Origin: Candidatus Thorarchaeota archaeon
GTDB taxonomy: Archaea; Asgardarchaeota; Thorarchaeia; Thorarchaeales; Thorarchaeaceae
DNA length: 64,000 bases
Assembly (NCBI GenBank): GCA_020348985.1
Contig: CP070761.1
Span: 1,553,249-1,617,248 of the forward strand
Direction of reading: 5' to 3'
Positions 1-8,813 of the stretch are shown piece after piece. The position numbers and the translations under genes were made by a program. Numbering within the stretch: position 1 is the stretch's first letter; the number at the start of each line of letters is the position of its first letter. The notes beneath the pieces were generated by a model that saw nothing but the letters and a program-made list of their open reading frames with translations, made no database searches and was not told the origin of the DNA.

Positions 1-1174
1 TGAACTCAGCATAGAATTCGACGGATGTCCTGTCTAGATTCTCAATATCGTCCTTCTGTGTGTGGTATAGCGGGCTAGGGAAAGACACTCCGTAGATCGT
101 GGGAACTCCGGATATCTCGAAGAACCAATGATCACTTCCATATGCGGGAGGTCCGTATTGATTCACATCGCGAGGATTCTTGATGGATTCTACCAATCCT
201 CGAGCGAATTCTTCGAGCTCAAGTGTCGAGACAATGTGATTCTGAGCGTTATATCCAATTGAATCGAGACTAAGAATCACTGCCGCTCTCGATACAATCT
301 CAGGATTGGCTCTAACATAAGCTCTCGAGCCATTAATCCAATAGTAATATGTTGTACCCCCACACTCTTCTGCACCAAAGAACAGAAATCGAACAGTCCT
401 CCTCAGTTGCCCCCCATTTTTCACGTACTCGGACATAAGTCTGGCCAACTCGAGGACGATTGCAGCAGGAGCGCCTCCATCTGCGGCGCTATGGAAATAC
501 GCATCATAGTGAGCACCAATGAATACTTCGTGAGAGGAAAGTTCTTCGCCCTCCAATGAGACCTCAAGGTTTGAAGAAGATGCATTCTCGTCCACTTCGA
601 CTTCTGTTACGATTTTGATTTCTACCTCTCCTCTCTCCATTAGATTAGATAAGAAATCAGCATCTTCCTTCGATATGCTCAGCAGAGGCAATTTCATCTC
701 AGGACCAACTTCGGTTACAACGACCTTCCTCAAATTCCCTTCATCAGGTGAAGCGACGAGGACAGCACCAAGTTTTTGCCTCTGAGCTGAAAAGCAGGTG
801 CGCGCCGGTGATAGGTACAAATGCGGACCCCACGAAGCAAGTCCAACCATGCCCTCTCTCTTCGATGGTTCTTCCTTATCCAAATGATTCAGTCTTACTA
901 GTTTGGACTCGACATCGATGGAGGGAGAGTATGGAAACAGCGCTGATGTGATCTTCTTTCTGACAGGTGAGACGATTTCAACTGCCACTGATTTTGGGTA
1001 CCACCCATATACTTGGAATGGACTCTCGATTATCTCTTTAAAACCAAAGCTTGTCAATTGCTTCTTGATAAACTGACATGCTTGTTTCTCAGCCTTGGAT
1101 CCAGCTAGGCGATACTCGATTCTGGATAGGCCTTCGATGTACTCAAGGATACGATCAGTCGACACGTTCTCCAA
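1..1174 (-). CDS. M28 family Zn-peptidase (3' end runs off the window); paralog of 2849..4657
   Basis: Not in the ORF track. Manual translation from TTG at 1174 gives LENVSTDRILEYIEGLSRIEYRLAGSKAEKQAC...FIGAHYD...DGGAPAAIVLELARL...FLFFGAEE...LSLDS...PPAYGSDHWFFEISG...FPSPLYHTQKDD, the M28 metal-ligand motifs. No signal peptide. Confidence 0.9.
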   Translation of the reverse strand, partial: MENVSTDRILEYIEGLSRIEYRLAGSKAEKQACQFIKKQLTSFGFKEIIESPFQVYGWYPKSVAVEIVSPVRKKITSALFPYSPSIDVESKLVRLNHLDKEEPSKREGMVGLASWGPHLYLSPARTCFSAQRQKLGAVLVASPDEGNLRKVVVTEVGPEMKLPLLSISKEDADFLSNLMERGEVEIKIVTEVEVDENASSSNLEVSLEGEELSSHEVFIGAHYDAYFHSAADGGAPAAIVLELARLMSEYVKNGGQLRRTVRFLFFGAEECGGTTYYYWINGSRAYVRANPEIVSRAAVILSLDSIGYNAQNHIVSTLELEEFARGLVESIKNPRDVNQYGPPAYGSDHWFFEISGVPTIYGVSFPSPLYHTQKDDIENLDRTSVEFYAEF

Positions 1175-1183
1175 TTCTCAGCC

Positions 1184-2488
1184 TCACAGTTTCTTGATGC
1201 CGGCTTCAAGGAGTGCAAAAACTTGCTGTGCCTGATCATCTGAGATGCACAACGGCGGTTGGATTCTTAGTACGTTTTTGTGGACGCCTCCGGTTCCAAC
1301 TAAAACCCCTTCGCCAAACATGTGCTCTGCAAGCGCCTGAGTCTCATCAACTGCCGGTTCTTTGGTTCCTTTGTCTTTAACAAATTCAATGCCAATCATT
1401 AGGCCCAACCCCCGGGCATCGCCCACAATCTCATACTTGTCAATCAATTCCTTCGATGACCGAAGAATCAAATCTCCAACCTTCTTCGAGTTATCTATCA
1501 GGCCCTCTTCTTGGAGGTAGTTGATATTCTCCAATGCTACCGCGCAGCAGACGGGGTTTCCTCCAAAGGTCGAGAAATGATCACCTGACTGAAGACATTG
1601 TACTATCTCATCAGTGTATATTGCTCCTCCAATGGGCATTCCTCCTCCCAATCCTTTCGCCATGGTCATAATATCCGCCTGGATGTCCCAGAGCTCATGA
1701 GCGAACATTGAACCGCATCGACCGAATCCAGTCTGCACTTCGTCAGTGATGTACAGAATTTCATGGTCTGCACATATTTGTCGGACCTTTGGATGGTAGC
1801 CTTCTGGAGGAACGATGATACCACCTTCTCCCATTACAGGTTCTACTATCATGGCAGCAACGTCGCCGGTTGTGTGGTATTTGATAACATCTTTCACTCT
1901 CCGGGCACATTCGAGTCCGCAATCTGGATATTGAAGAGGGCATCTGTAGCAATAAGGTGCGGGCGCGTGAAATACTCCTGGATAGATGGCAAAACTCCCA
2001 AAGCCCACCTTGTATTTTGCTTGACCTGTCAAGGTAAGAGAGAGTCCCAACCTACCGTGGAATGAACCTTCCAGCGCTATGACACCTGATCCTGCCTTTC
2101 CTTTCCAAACTGAATACTTCTTGGCTAGCTTCACGGCTGCCTCCACTGCCTCAGCGCCGCTGTTGCAGAAGAATACCTTTCTGAGATGCTTTGGAGAGAT
2201 TGAGGCTAGTTTCTCCGCTAGTAGCGTCTGTGGAACACTATAGTATAAGCCTGAACAATGAATGAGCTTTCCAAGCTGCTCAGCACCTGCCTCAACAAGA
2301 CGCTGAGGTGAGTGTCCTGCATTAGTTACACTAATCCCACTTAGACAATCTATGTACTCCTTCCCTTCTACATCCTTCAGAATGGCACCAGTGCCCTCTT
2401 GGATGACAACTGGTTTCCTCTTGTAAACAGCGGCCAAGTATTCGTTATCTTTAATCATAATTTCTTTCGAGCTTACCAAAGCTGACAA
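1184..2488 (-). CDS. Class III PLP aminotransferase (omega-amino acid/diamine type)
   Basis: Motifs FFCNSGAEA, GSFHGR, EPVMGEGG, DEVQTGFGR, TMAKGLGGG (PLP Lys), STFGGNP. Confidence 0.93.
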   Translation of the reverse strand: MSALVSSKEIMIKDNEYLAAVYKRKPVVIQEGTGAILKDVEGKEYIDCLSGISVTNAGHSPQRLVEAGAEQLGKLIHCSGLYYSVPQTLLAEKLASISPKHLRKVFFCNSGAEAVEAAVKLAKKYSVWKGKAGSGVIALEGSFHGRLGLSLTLTGQAKYKVGFGSFAIYPGVFHAPAPYCYRCPLQYPDCGLECARRVKDVIKYHTTGDVAAMIVEPVMGEGGIIVPPEGYHPKVRQICADHEILYITDEVQTGFGRCGSMFAHELWDIQADIMTMAKGLGGGMPIGGAIYTDEIVQCLQSGDHFSTFGGNPVCCAVALENINYLQEEGLIDNSKKVGDLILRSSKELIDKYEIVGDARGLGLMIGIEFVKDKGTKEPAVDETQALAEHMFGEGVLVGTGGVHKNVLRIQPPLCISDDQAQQVFALLEAGIKKL

Positions 2489-2547
2489 CTCCCTTTCTAT
2501 CAGTAGAGAATCAAGCTCAGTTCTCTAGAGCAACAGGGATGGCAGTA

Positions 2548-2594
2548 TGAACAATGATAAGAAAGGTCCCAACATACATGTTCAATCTTGAACA
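2548..2594 (-). promoter_or_regulatory. 47-bp operator/promoter element, copy 1 (upstream of aminotransferase-peptidase)
   Basis: Minus strand reads TGTTCA agat TGAACA tgta TGTTGG gacctttcttatcat TGTTCA; same spacing as four other copies. Confidence 0.8.
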
Positions 2595-2744
2595 CGCGAT
2601 GATTGGGACATTCCTCGAAATCGAGTTTTGTGTTGGCTGAGTCAGTCATATCATTGCTCCATTCGTCCAAGGCGGCTCCTTCATTGAAACCCGTACCACA
2701 GAAGACATGTCTATGAGACCTGCCTGAAGGAAGCGCGTGTCTAT

Positions 2745-2791
2745 TGTTCAGCGTTGAACATGTATGTTGGGACCCTTCATATCATTGTTCA
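2745..2791 (+). promoter_or_regulatory. 47-bp operator/promoter element, copy 2 (upstream of second M28 peptidase)
   Basis: TGTTCA gcgt TGAACA tgta TGTTGG gacccttcatatcat TGTTCA; 42/47 identical to the reverse complement of 2548..2594. Confidence 0.8.
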
Positions 2792-2848
2792 CACCCTGTT
2801 GGATTTGCTCTACAGATCACGCGTTGAATTCTGAGGCAATGGTCGGCT

Positions 2849-4657
2849 TTGGAGATTGGTCTGATGAATGTTGAGAAGACTTCGATTGACGAAATCCGCA
2901 AAACGGTCGAATATCTCTGCGACCTCGGTCAGAAGGTTGCTGGCACTGAACCTGAAGTTCAGGCCGCTAATTATCTGCACGAGCGTTTGAGGGAATTTGG
3001 GTTTACACATGTAGAGATGCAGTCATTCGATGTTCATGGTTGGTATCCTCTTTCCTCCTCTGTAAGAATCACTCAACCAATCCAAAAGGAGATTGAATCT
3101 GCTCTGTTCCCACACTGCAAGTCTGAGGAAGTAGAGGGACGTCTTGTGGCTTTCAAGAAGGATGCTGATCCCACATTGTCTCGAAAAGGACTCATTGCCT
3201 ACTCGGAGTGGGGGCCAGATCCATACCTCAGCCCAAGAAGGACTTACTACCATGCAGTGAGACAAGGATATGACGGTCTCATTGTTGCTGCTCCTGATAA
3301 GGGTGACTTTCTCAAGGTTGTTGTACTTGCGATTGGAGGGCTGCTTGAGATACCCGTAGTCTGTATCACAAAAGAAGAAGGTGATTCTCTTTCATCTCTC
3401 ATTGAATCGGAAGAAGTCTCTGTGAACATCAAGACAGAAATCGAGACTTCAGACCAATCGCAGTCCTACAATGTAATGGCAACCCTGGAGGGTGATGGAA
3501 CAGCTGAGCATGAGGTTATAGTGGGTGCACACTACGACTCCTGGTTCCAGGGAGCAGGCGACAATTGCGCTCCTGCTGCCACAGTTCTTGAATTGGCCCG
3601 GCTATTTGGCAGACAGGCTCAGGCAGGAAGACCTCCTAGGAGAACAATCAGGTTTCTATTCTACGGCGCCGAAGAGAGCGGCACGAATGATTTCTACTTC
3701 TGGCTTAATGGGTCAAAGGCGTTTGTCAAAAGCAACCCAGAAATAGTTGCGAGGACTGCTGCTGTTCTCAGCTTGGACTCAACAGGATACACCAGCCCTG
3801 CTAAGGATTACATATACGCCACAGCCGATGTCTTTGAGTTCGCCAAATCCATTCAAGTTGAGCTTGAGCCGACTCTTGAGTTCCAGTACTTAGACCCTCC
3901 AAGTTATGGTAGCGATCATTGGTTCTTTGAACTATCGGGAATCCCTACGATCTATGGCGTGGCATTTCCAAGCCCCCTCTATCACACGCAAAAGGATGAC
4001 CCTGACCACCTTGATTTTCATGCAGTGCACTACTATGCCGAATACATGAAAGAGGCATTGTCATATCTATCTGAAGTTGAACTGCTTCCTATTGACATCT
4101 TCTTACCGTTAAAGAGGTTCGAGCAAATCTTCAAGAAGTATCAGAAGCTGGACGAGAATCCGTTTGACTTCAGTCCAATCCTGGCCAAATTGAGGGTTCT
4201 GATGAAACAGGAATCGAGTACAAGGAGACTTCTCAAAGCTGCATCCAAATCAAGTAATCCTGATACCATCTCGGAACTCAACCAGTTCCTGCTCCGGACA
4301 GCCAACAAGTACAATCAGACTATCGGCTGGATAACACGTCCTCACGAGACCTATGCTTCTAACTACTTGTGCCGACTGGAGATGATAGAAGATATCATCC
4401 ATCTCACAAACTCGGTCAAGAACCTACGCAATATACCCATCTCCAATTTCATGTCAGAAAGAGCAGCACTTTACGATAGCCAATCTGACAATGCTTACAA
4501 CTGGATCCGTATTCACGAGCCTCTTGCGAGAATAGAAGAAGAATGCACTAGGATTCGAAGGGAGATAGAAGAAGAGCTGAAGATGCTCTCATCGATGATT
4601 GACAGCATTTCTGAAGACATTGCAGGATTGACTGAAGAACAGGTATCTAGTCACTGA
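2849..4657 (+). CDS. M28 family Zn-peptidase with PA-like insert and helical C-terminal extension
   Basis: VGAHYD, GAGDN, FYGAEE, LSLDS, GSDHWFF, YHTQKDD; no signal peptide. Confidence 0.9.
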   Translation: MEIGLMNVEKTSIDEIRKTVEYLCDLGQKVAGTEPEVQAANYLHERLREFGFTHVEMQSFDVHGWYPLSSSVRITQPIQKEIESALFPHCKSEEVEGRLVAFKKDADPTLSRKGLIAYSEWGPDPYLSPRRTYYHAVRQGYDGLIVAAPDKGDFLKVVVLAIGGLLEIPVVCITKEEGDSLSSLIESEEVSVNIKTEIETSDQSQSYNVMATLEGDGTAEHEVIVGAHYDSWFQGAGDNCAPAATVLELARLFGRQAQAGRPPRRTIRFLFYGAEESGTNDFYFWLNGSKAFVKSNPEIVARTAAVLSLDSTGYTSPAKDYIYATADVFEFAKSIQVELEPTLEFQYLDPPSYGSDHWFFELSGIPTIYGVAFPSPLYHTQKDDPDHLDFHAVHYYAEYMKEALSYLSEVELLPIDIFLPLKRFEQIFKKYQKLDENPFDFSPILAKLRVLMKQESSTRRLLKAASKSSNPDTISELNQFLLRTANKYNQTIGWITRPHETYASNYLCRLEMIEDIIHLTNSVKNLRNIPISNFMSERAALYDSQSDNAYNWIRIHEPLARIEEECTRIRREIEEELKMLSSMIDSISEDIAGLTEEQVSSH

Positions 4658-4677
4658 GAATGAACAATCGAAAGGAA

Positions 4678-4724
4678 TGTTCATTCGTGTACACTGTTGT
4701 TGGGACTCTTATTATGGGTGTTCA
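4678..4724 (+). promoter_or_regulatory. 47-bp operator/promoter element, copy 3 (upstream of nitrilase-family gene)
   Basis: TGTTCA ttcg TGTACA ctgt TGTTGG gactcttattatggg TGTTCA; extra TGAACA at 4661..4666. Confidence 0.8.
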
Positions 4725-4776
4725 TTCGCGATAAATCATGTAGGACTCGAACTCAGTAACTACAGATTTATGGTAG

Positions 4777-5679
4777 GTGAATCCAAGAATGGAAAGACGT
4801 CTGGGAGTAGCGGGACTCCAGCTTGAGAAAGATCCGTTTGATAGTGACATCAACTTCAAGAAACTGGAGTACATAACTCGGAAGGTCAAGTCTACATTTC
4901 CTTGGGTTGATTTGGTCTTTACTGGAGAACTATACCTCCAGCAATATGGAAGCAGCGATTGGAAAGAGTTTGCTCAACCAATCCCGAATGACATGACAGA
5001 CAGACTGTCTGAAATTGCTCGAGACAACGAGTGCTGGTTTGTACCAGGTTCTTTTTTGGAGAAGGAGAGTGACAAGATATTCAATACCGCACTCGTCTAT
5101 GATCCAAATGGAGACATAGTAGCCAAGTATAGAAAGCTCTATCCTTGGATGCCTTTTGAGGACACAAGTTATGGCACTAGCTTTGTTACATTCGACATTC
5201 CAGGTGTAACGAGGATTGGGATTGTCATATGCTATGATTTGTGGTTTCCTGAGGTTTTCAGGACACTAGCCTGGATGGGTGCCGAGGTAATATTGCAGCC
5301 ATCCGCTACCTATACGCCAGACCGCGCAGCGGAGCTCGTTTTGACTCCAGCTCAGGCAATCATGCATCAATGCTATGTTCTAAACTCGAACGTAATCAGT
5401 GCCATGGGGGGAGGTCTATCTATCTTTGCGGACCCCGAAGGCCGAATCCTACAACAAGTTGGCACACATGAGGAGATTATGACAGAGGTCATCGACTTGG
5501 ATAGGGTTGATTGGATTCGTCAGAATGGATCGTTTGGGATAACTCCCGTGTGGAAGAGCCTAAGAGATTCTCCACTCAGAATGAAGTATCCAGTTTACGA
5601 ACGCTTTGAAGAAGGTGCGATACTCAAGAAGCTAGGGGAAATGAAGGTGCAGAAAAGCATCCGTGAATGGACGGACTAG
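4777..5679 (+). CDS. Carbon-nitrogen hydrolase (nitrilase superfamily amidase)
   Basis: Glu-Lys-Cys triad motifs FTGELY, YRKLYP, VICYDLWFPE. Confidence 0.9.
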   Translation: MNPRMERRLGVAGLQLEKDPFDSDINFKKLEYITRKVKSTFPWVDLVFTGELYLQQYGSSDWKEFAQPIPNDMTDRLSEIARDNECWFVPGSFLEKESDKIFNTALVYDPNGDIVAKYRKLYPWMPFEDTSYGTSFVTFDIPGVTRIGIVICYDLWFPEVFRTLAWMGAEVILQPSATYTPDRAAELVLTPAQAIMHQCYVLNSNVISAMGGGLSIFADPEGRILQQVGTHEEIMTEVIDLDRVDWIRQNGSFGITPVWKSLRDSPLRMKYPVYERFEEGAILKKLGEMKVQKSIREWTD

Positions 5680-5684
5680 ATATC

Positions 5685-6707
5685 ATGAGAAACCCCACTC
5701 AGCAATTCTCTACACCTCTTGGAGTATTGTTCACATTGATTCTAATTCTAATGATTCTTGTATTTCCGCAGCCCAGCACAGGTCAATCTGACCAGAGTGA
5801 CTTGACTGGTATTCAGGTGGCGTTGTATACAGGGGGTCCAACAAGTGAATCCAGCCGCGAATCTCTTTCCAGAATGTTCTCATGGATGAACGCAAGTGTC
5901 ACTGTTCTTTCAGGAAGCGCGATAAGGGAAGGTGAACTCGAGAATTTTGATCTAGTTGTCATTCCTGGAGGATATGCACCTGACTTTATAGACGACATAG
6001 GTGCACGAGGGCTTGACAAGATCAGAGATTTCACTAGTAATGGAGGATCTTTCATCGGAGTATGTGCAGGTGCATACTTCGCTTCAGATTACATAATATG
6101 GCAAGGTATACCGACCGAGTATCGACTAGACCTGTTTGATGGTGCTGCTGTTGGTGCCATTGATCAAATCGCCCCTTGGCCAAACTTCCAGATGTGTACA
6201 ATAAGCATCAACCGCAATTCAATTCGGATTGACCTCTCTTCAGAACCGGCTAACCACACGATCATGTATTTCGGGGGCCCTTATTTCCTGCCAAGTGACC
6301 CCAGTGAAATCGAGATTCTGGCAACTTATGATATCAATGATGAAGCAGCCATGATATCTTTCGAGTATGGTCAAGGTAGAGTGTTTCTATCAGGTCCTCA
6401 TCCTGAATGGGAAGAAGATTCAGACCGAGACAATGCTAGTTGGCCTGATGATTTTGACGACAATGGCTCTGAGTGGAACCTAATGCTTAGCGTGTCACTC
6501 TGGCTAACAGAGAATGTGAACAAACCAAGCATTACCGAATTTCAACTGCCACACCTAGTTGGAGTGGCTTTCTTGGTCGTGGGAGCCATCGGCACTGTCG
6601 CCATATTCATACATGTGTTGAGGAATCGTGTCGACTATAGGAATAAATTCTATCAAAGAGGTCCAGAAACGGCAGATTTGCTGATGTTCACCTTTGTCCA
6701 CTCATGA
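5685..6707 (+). CDS. Membrane-anchored BPL_N-like class I glutamine amidotransferase-fold hydrolase
   Basis: N-terminal hydrophobic signal, VIPGG, GVCAGAY (nucleophile Cys), GPHPE, C-terminal TM. Start set at ATG 5685; the ORF track opens at 5667. Confidence 0.8.
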   Translation: MRNPTQQFSTPLGVLFTLILILMILVFPQPSTGQSDQSDLTGIQVALYTGGPTSESSRESLSRMFSWMNASVTVLSGSAIREGELENFDLVVIPGGYAPDFIDDIGARGLDKIRDFTSNGGSFIGVCAGAYFASDYIIWQGIPTEYRLDLFDGAAVGAIDQIAPWPNFQMCTISINRNSIRIDLSSEPANHTIMYFGGPYFLPSDPSEIEILATYDINDEAAMISFEYGQGRVFLSGPHPEWEEDSDRDNASWPDDFDDNGSEWNLMLSVSLWLTENVNKPSITEFQLPHLVGVAFLVVGAIGTVAIFIHVLRNRVDYRNKFYQRGPETADLLMFTFVHS

Positions 6708-6741
6708 ACAAAGATGTTGGTCGCATTTTAATCGTTGTACA
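6685..6741 (+). promoter_or_regulatory. 47-bp operator/promoter element, copy 4 (6695..6741) plus one extra upstream hexamer; upstream of the ABC operon
   Basis: TGTTCA cctt TGTCCA ctca TGAACA aaga TGTTGG tcgcattttaatcgt TGTACA; 10-bp hexamer period and the same 25-bp spacer to the last hexamer. Confidence 0.75.
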
Positions 6742-6771
6742 TTCATATTATGGTCCAATCCACCGTAGGAT

Positions 6772-8715
6772 GTGATACAAGTGAGAAGACCGAATAACAT
6801 CATCCCGTTCCTTCTCATTGGTCTCTTCTTGGTGTCTATGGTTGCATTTGCGCCTGAAGCCTTTGCGCAAGACGACGGCGAGGACGCCGACGTCAGCATT
6901 GTCGTAGGTATGTTCGAGCAACCGGACTTCTTGGGACCAATGATGGCAGGCACCATAGCCGCCTGGGAGTTTCTCAACTGGATGTATGACCCCCTAGTCC
7001 GCTGGGGAGACGACTGGACTATAAAACCAGGACTGGCTGAGAGCTGGGAATGGGCTGACAACGGTACGCAATTGACATTGCATCTTGTGCAGAATGCAAC
7101 ATGGCATGATGGCACTCCCTTCACTTCAGCTGACGTCAACTTCACACTCTTTACTTGGACCTGGCTAGGTTGGTGGGTTGCGCAAACTCCGCGCATCGAC
7201 CACAGGAATATCAAGACCCCTGATGACCACACAGTCATTCTTAATTTTGTTGAGAGTGGCTATGAGAACATCTATGCGTGGTCTCCGGTGTCTCCATTCT
7301 TCTACTATCGTGAGAGCTACGACGGGACTCCCGTGGAGGTTAACCAGGAGTGTTTCCTCACAGGTCTGACATATGTCCCAATCATACCCAAGCATGAATG
7401 GGATCCCCTCATGTGGCATCACCCTGTTTGGGGACTGGAAGGTTCTGGATATGGTGTTACTCTAGAGAATGGCACCTGGGTATACTATGGATACTGGGAC
7501 TATCTCAATTGGGATGGAATCTCTTGGGGCACAATTCTACCTCCATATAACAGATCTGATATCGGAACTGGTCCATTCATCCTGAAGGAATACGAGGTGG
7601 GCGAATACGCGTATTTCGAGGGTAATGATGACTATCACTGGGGTGCACCTAATATCGACAACTTGACCGTCCTATTCTACACCTCAATCGAAACCATGAC
7701 ACAGGCCGTCAAGGCGGGTGAAATTGATTTCTGTGAGACCACCGCCAATTTCCTTGAGACTGGAGAATTTGGCCCTGAAGTGACTGTCAACGAGCAAAGC
7801 TCACTAGGCTGGGAAGCCTTGTTGATCAATCAGGATTGGATATACGCCAATACTAGTGATGCGTTTGCATTGAGGGAACCTGCAGTCAAGGTGGCAATCA
7901 ATCAAGCAGTCAACAAGTCGAACATAGCCAACATCGCTTATCTCGGACATGCCGTGCCTGCGGACTCTGTGATTCACAGTAAGCTGTATAAATGGTTCAA
8001 TGATGAGCTTGTGACACGCGATGTTGGAATCAGCGAGGCAGAAGCCACTCTCGAGGCTGATGGATGGACTCTGAACACTGAAGGAGTCTATGAAAAGACG
8101 CTAAACGGATCTGTGAAGACACTTGAGTTTACTCTCAAATTCATCACAGGCTCTCCGATTGATCTTAGCATAGCACAGCTAATTGAGGCTAACCTCGAAG
8201 ATGCCGGCTTTGACATAACGCTTCAGGCATTGGACGTCTCTACCTTCACAGCAGACCTATTCGCGTACTCCTTTGACCTAGCGATCTCGTTCTGGTCTCA
8301 AATCGGAGATCCGAACAGCATGGCACAATACATGACTTCAACCAGCTGGATCAACCCGACTGGACTTAACATCCCGAGAGTCGATGAAATCTTCTATGAG
8401 CAGCAGCTCGCTACGGACCTCTTCGAAAGACAGGATCTCATTAATGAGATGCAGCAACTTGTCTATGATGAAGCCAGCATTTGTGTCCTTGTTGAATATG
8501 ATGACATTGAACTCTACAGAAATGACCGATTTGTGTTCACACACACAGATTGGTTGAGCGGCATCCTGTCCATGTGGAACTGGGAATCCTGGCTTGGAGC
8601 CGAGCAAGTAGCACCGCCATCATTTCCAATTTCGATGGAGCTGGCAATTATCGCTGGGGCAGGAGTCATCGTTGTAGTGGTGCTCTTCGTGGTTTGGAGG
8701 TCGAAGAAGGGATAG
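6772..8715 (+). CDS. Peptide/nickel ABC transporter substrate-binding protein (family 5), C-terminally anchored
   Basis: Signal peptide, PGLAESWE, WHDGTPFTSADV, GTGPF, C-terminal TM followed by RSKKG. Confidence 0.92.
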   Translation: MIQVRRPNNIIPFLLIGLFLVSMVAFAPEAFAQDDGEDADVSIVVGMFEQPDFLGPMMAGTIAAWEFLNWMYDPLVRWGDDWTIKPGLAESWEWADNGTQLTLHLVQNATWHDGTPFTSADVNFTLFTWTWLGWWVAQTPRIDHRNIKTPDDHTVILNFVESGYENIYAWSPVSPFFYYRESYDGTPVEVNQECFLTGLTYVPIIPKHEWDPLMWHHPVWGLEGSGYGVTLENGTWVYYGYWDYLNWDGISWGTILPPYNRSDIGTGPFILKEYEVGEYAYFEGNDDYHWGAPNIDNLTVLFYTSIETMTQAVKAGEIDFCETTANFLETGEFGPEVTVNEQSSLGWEALLINQDWIYANTSDAFALREPAVKVAINQAVNKSNIANIAYLGHAVPADSVIHSKLYKWFNDELVTRDVGISEAEATLEADGWTLNTEGVYEKTLNGSVKTLEFTLKFITGSPIDLSIAQLIEANLEDAGFDITLQALDVSTFTADLFAYSFDLAISFWSQIGDPNSMAQYMTSTSWINPTGLNIPRVDEIFYEQQLATDLFERQDLINEMQQLVYDEASICVLVEYDDIELYRNDRFVFTHTDWLSGILSMWNWESWLGAEQVAPPSFPISMELAIIAGAGVIVVVVLFVVWRSKKG

Positions 8716-8734
8716 CAGTCTAAACAGCAGAAGA

Positions 8735-8778
8735 AGAACAGACAGTATTATCTGTCTGTTCTATCTATTCTTTTTCTT
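8735..8778 (+). terminator. Stem-loop after the SBP gene (partial terminator or mRNA stabiliser)
   Basis: Perfect 11-bp stem AGAACAGACAG-tattat-CTGTCTGTTCT (8735..8762) followed by a T-rich tract. Confidence 0.6.
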
Positions 8779-8813
8779 GTGAAGGTTGTCACGTATAGTT
8801 GAGATGACACAAA

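Noticed and set aside
2548-2791. MITE interpretation of the 47-bp inverted repeat
   Set aside because: No target-site duplication, and single oriented copies of the same element precede three other operons, so an operator/promoter role fits better.
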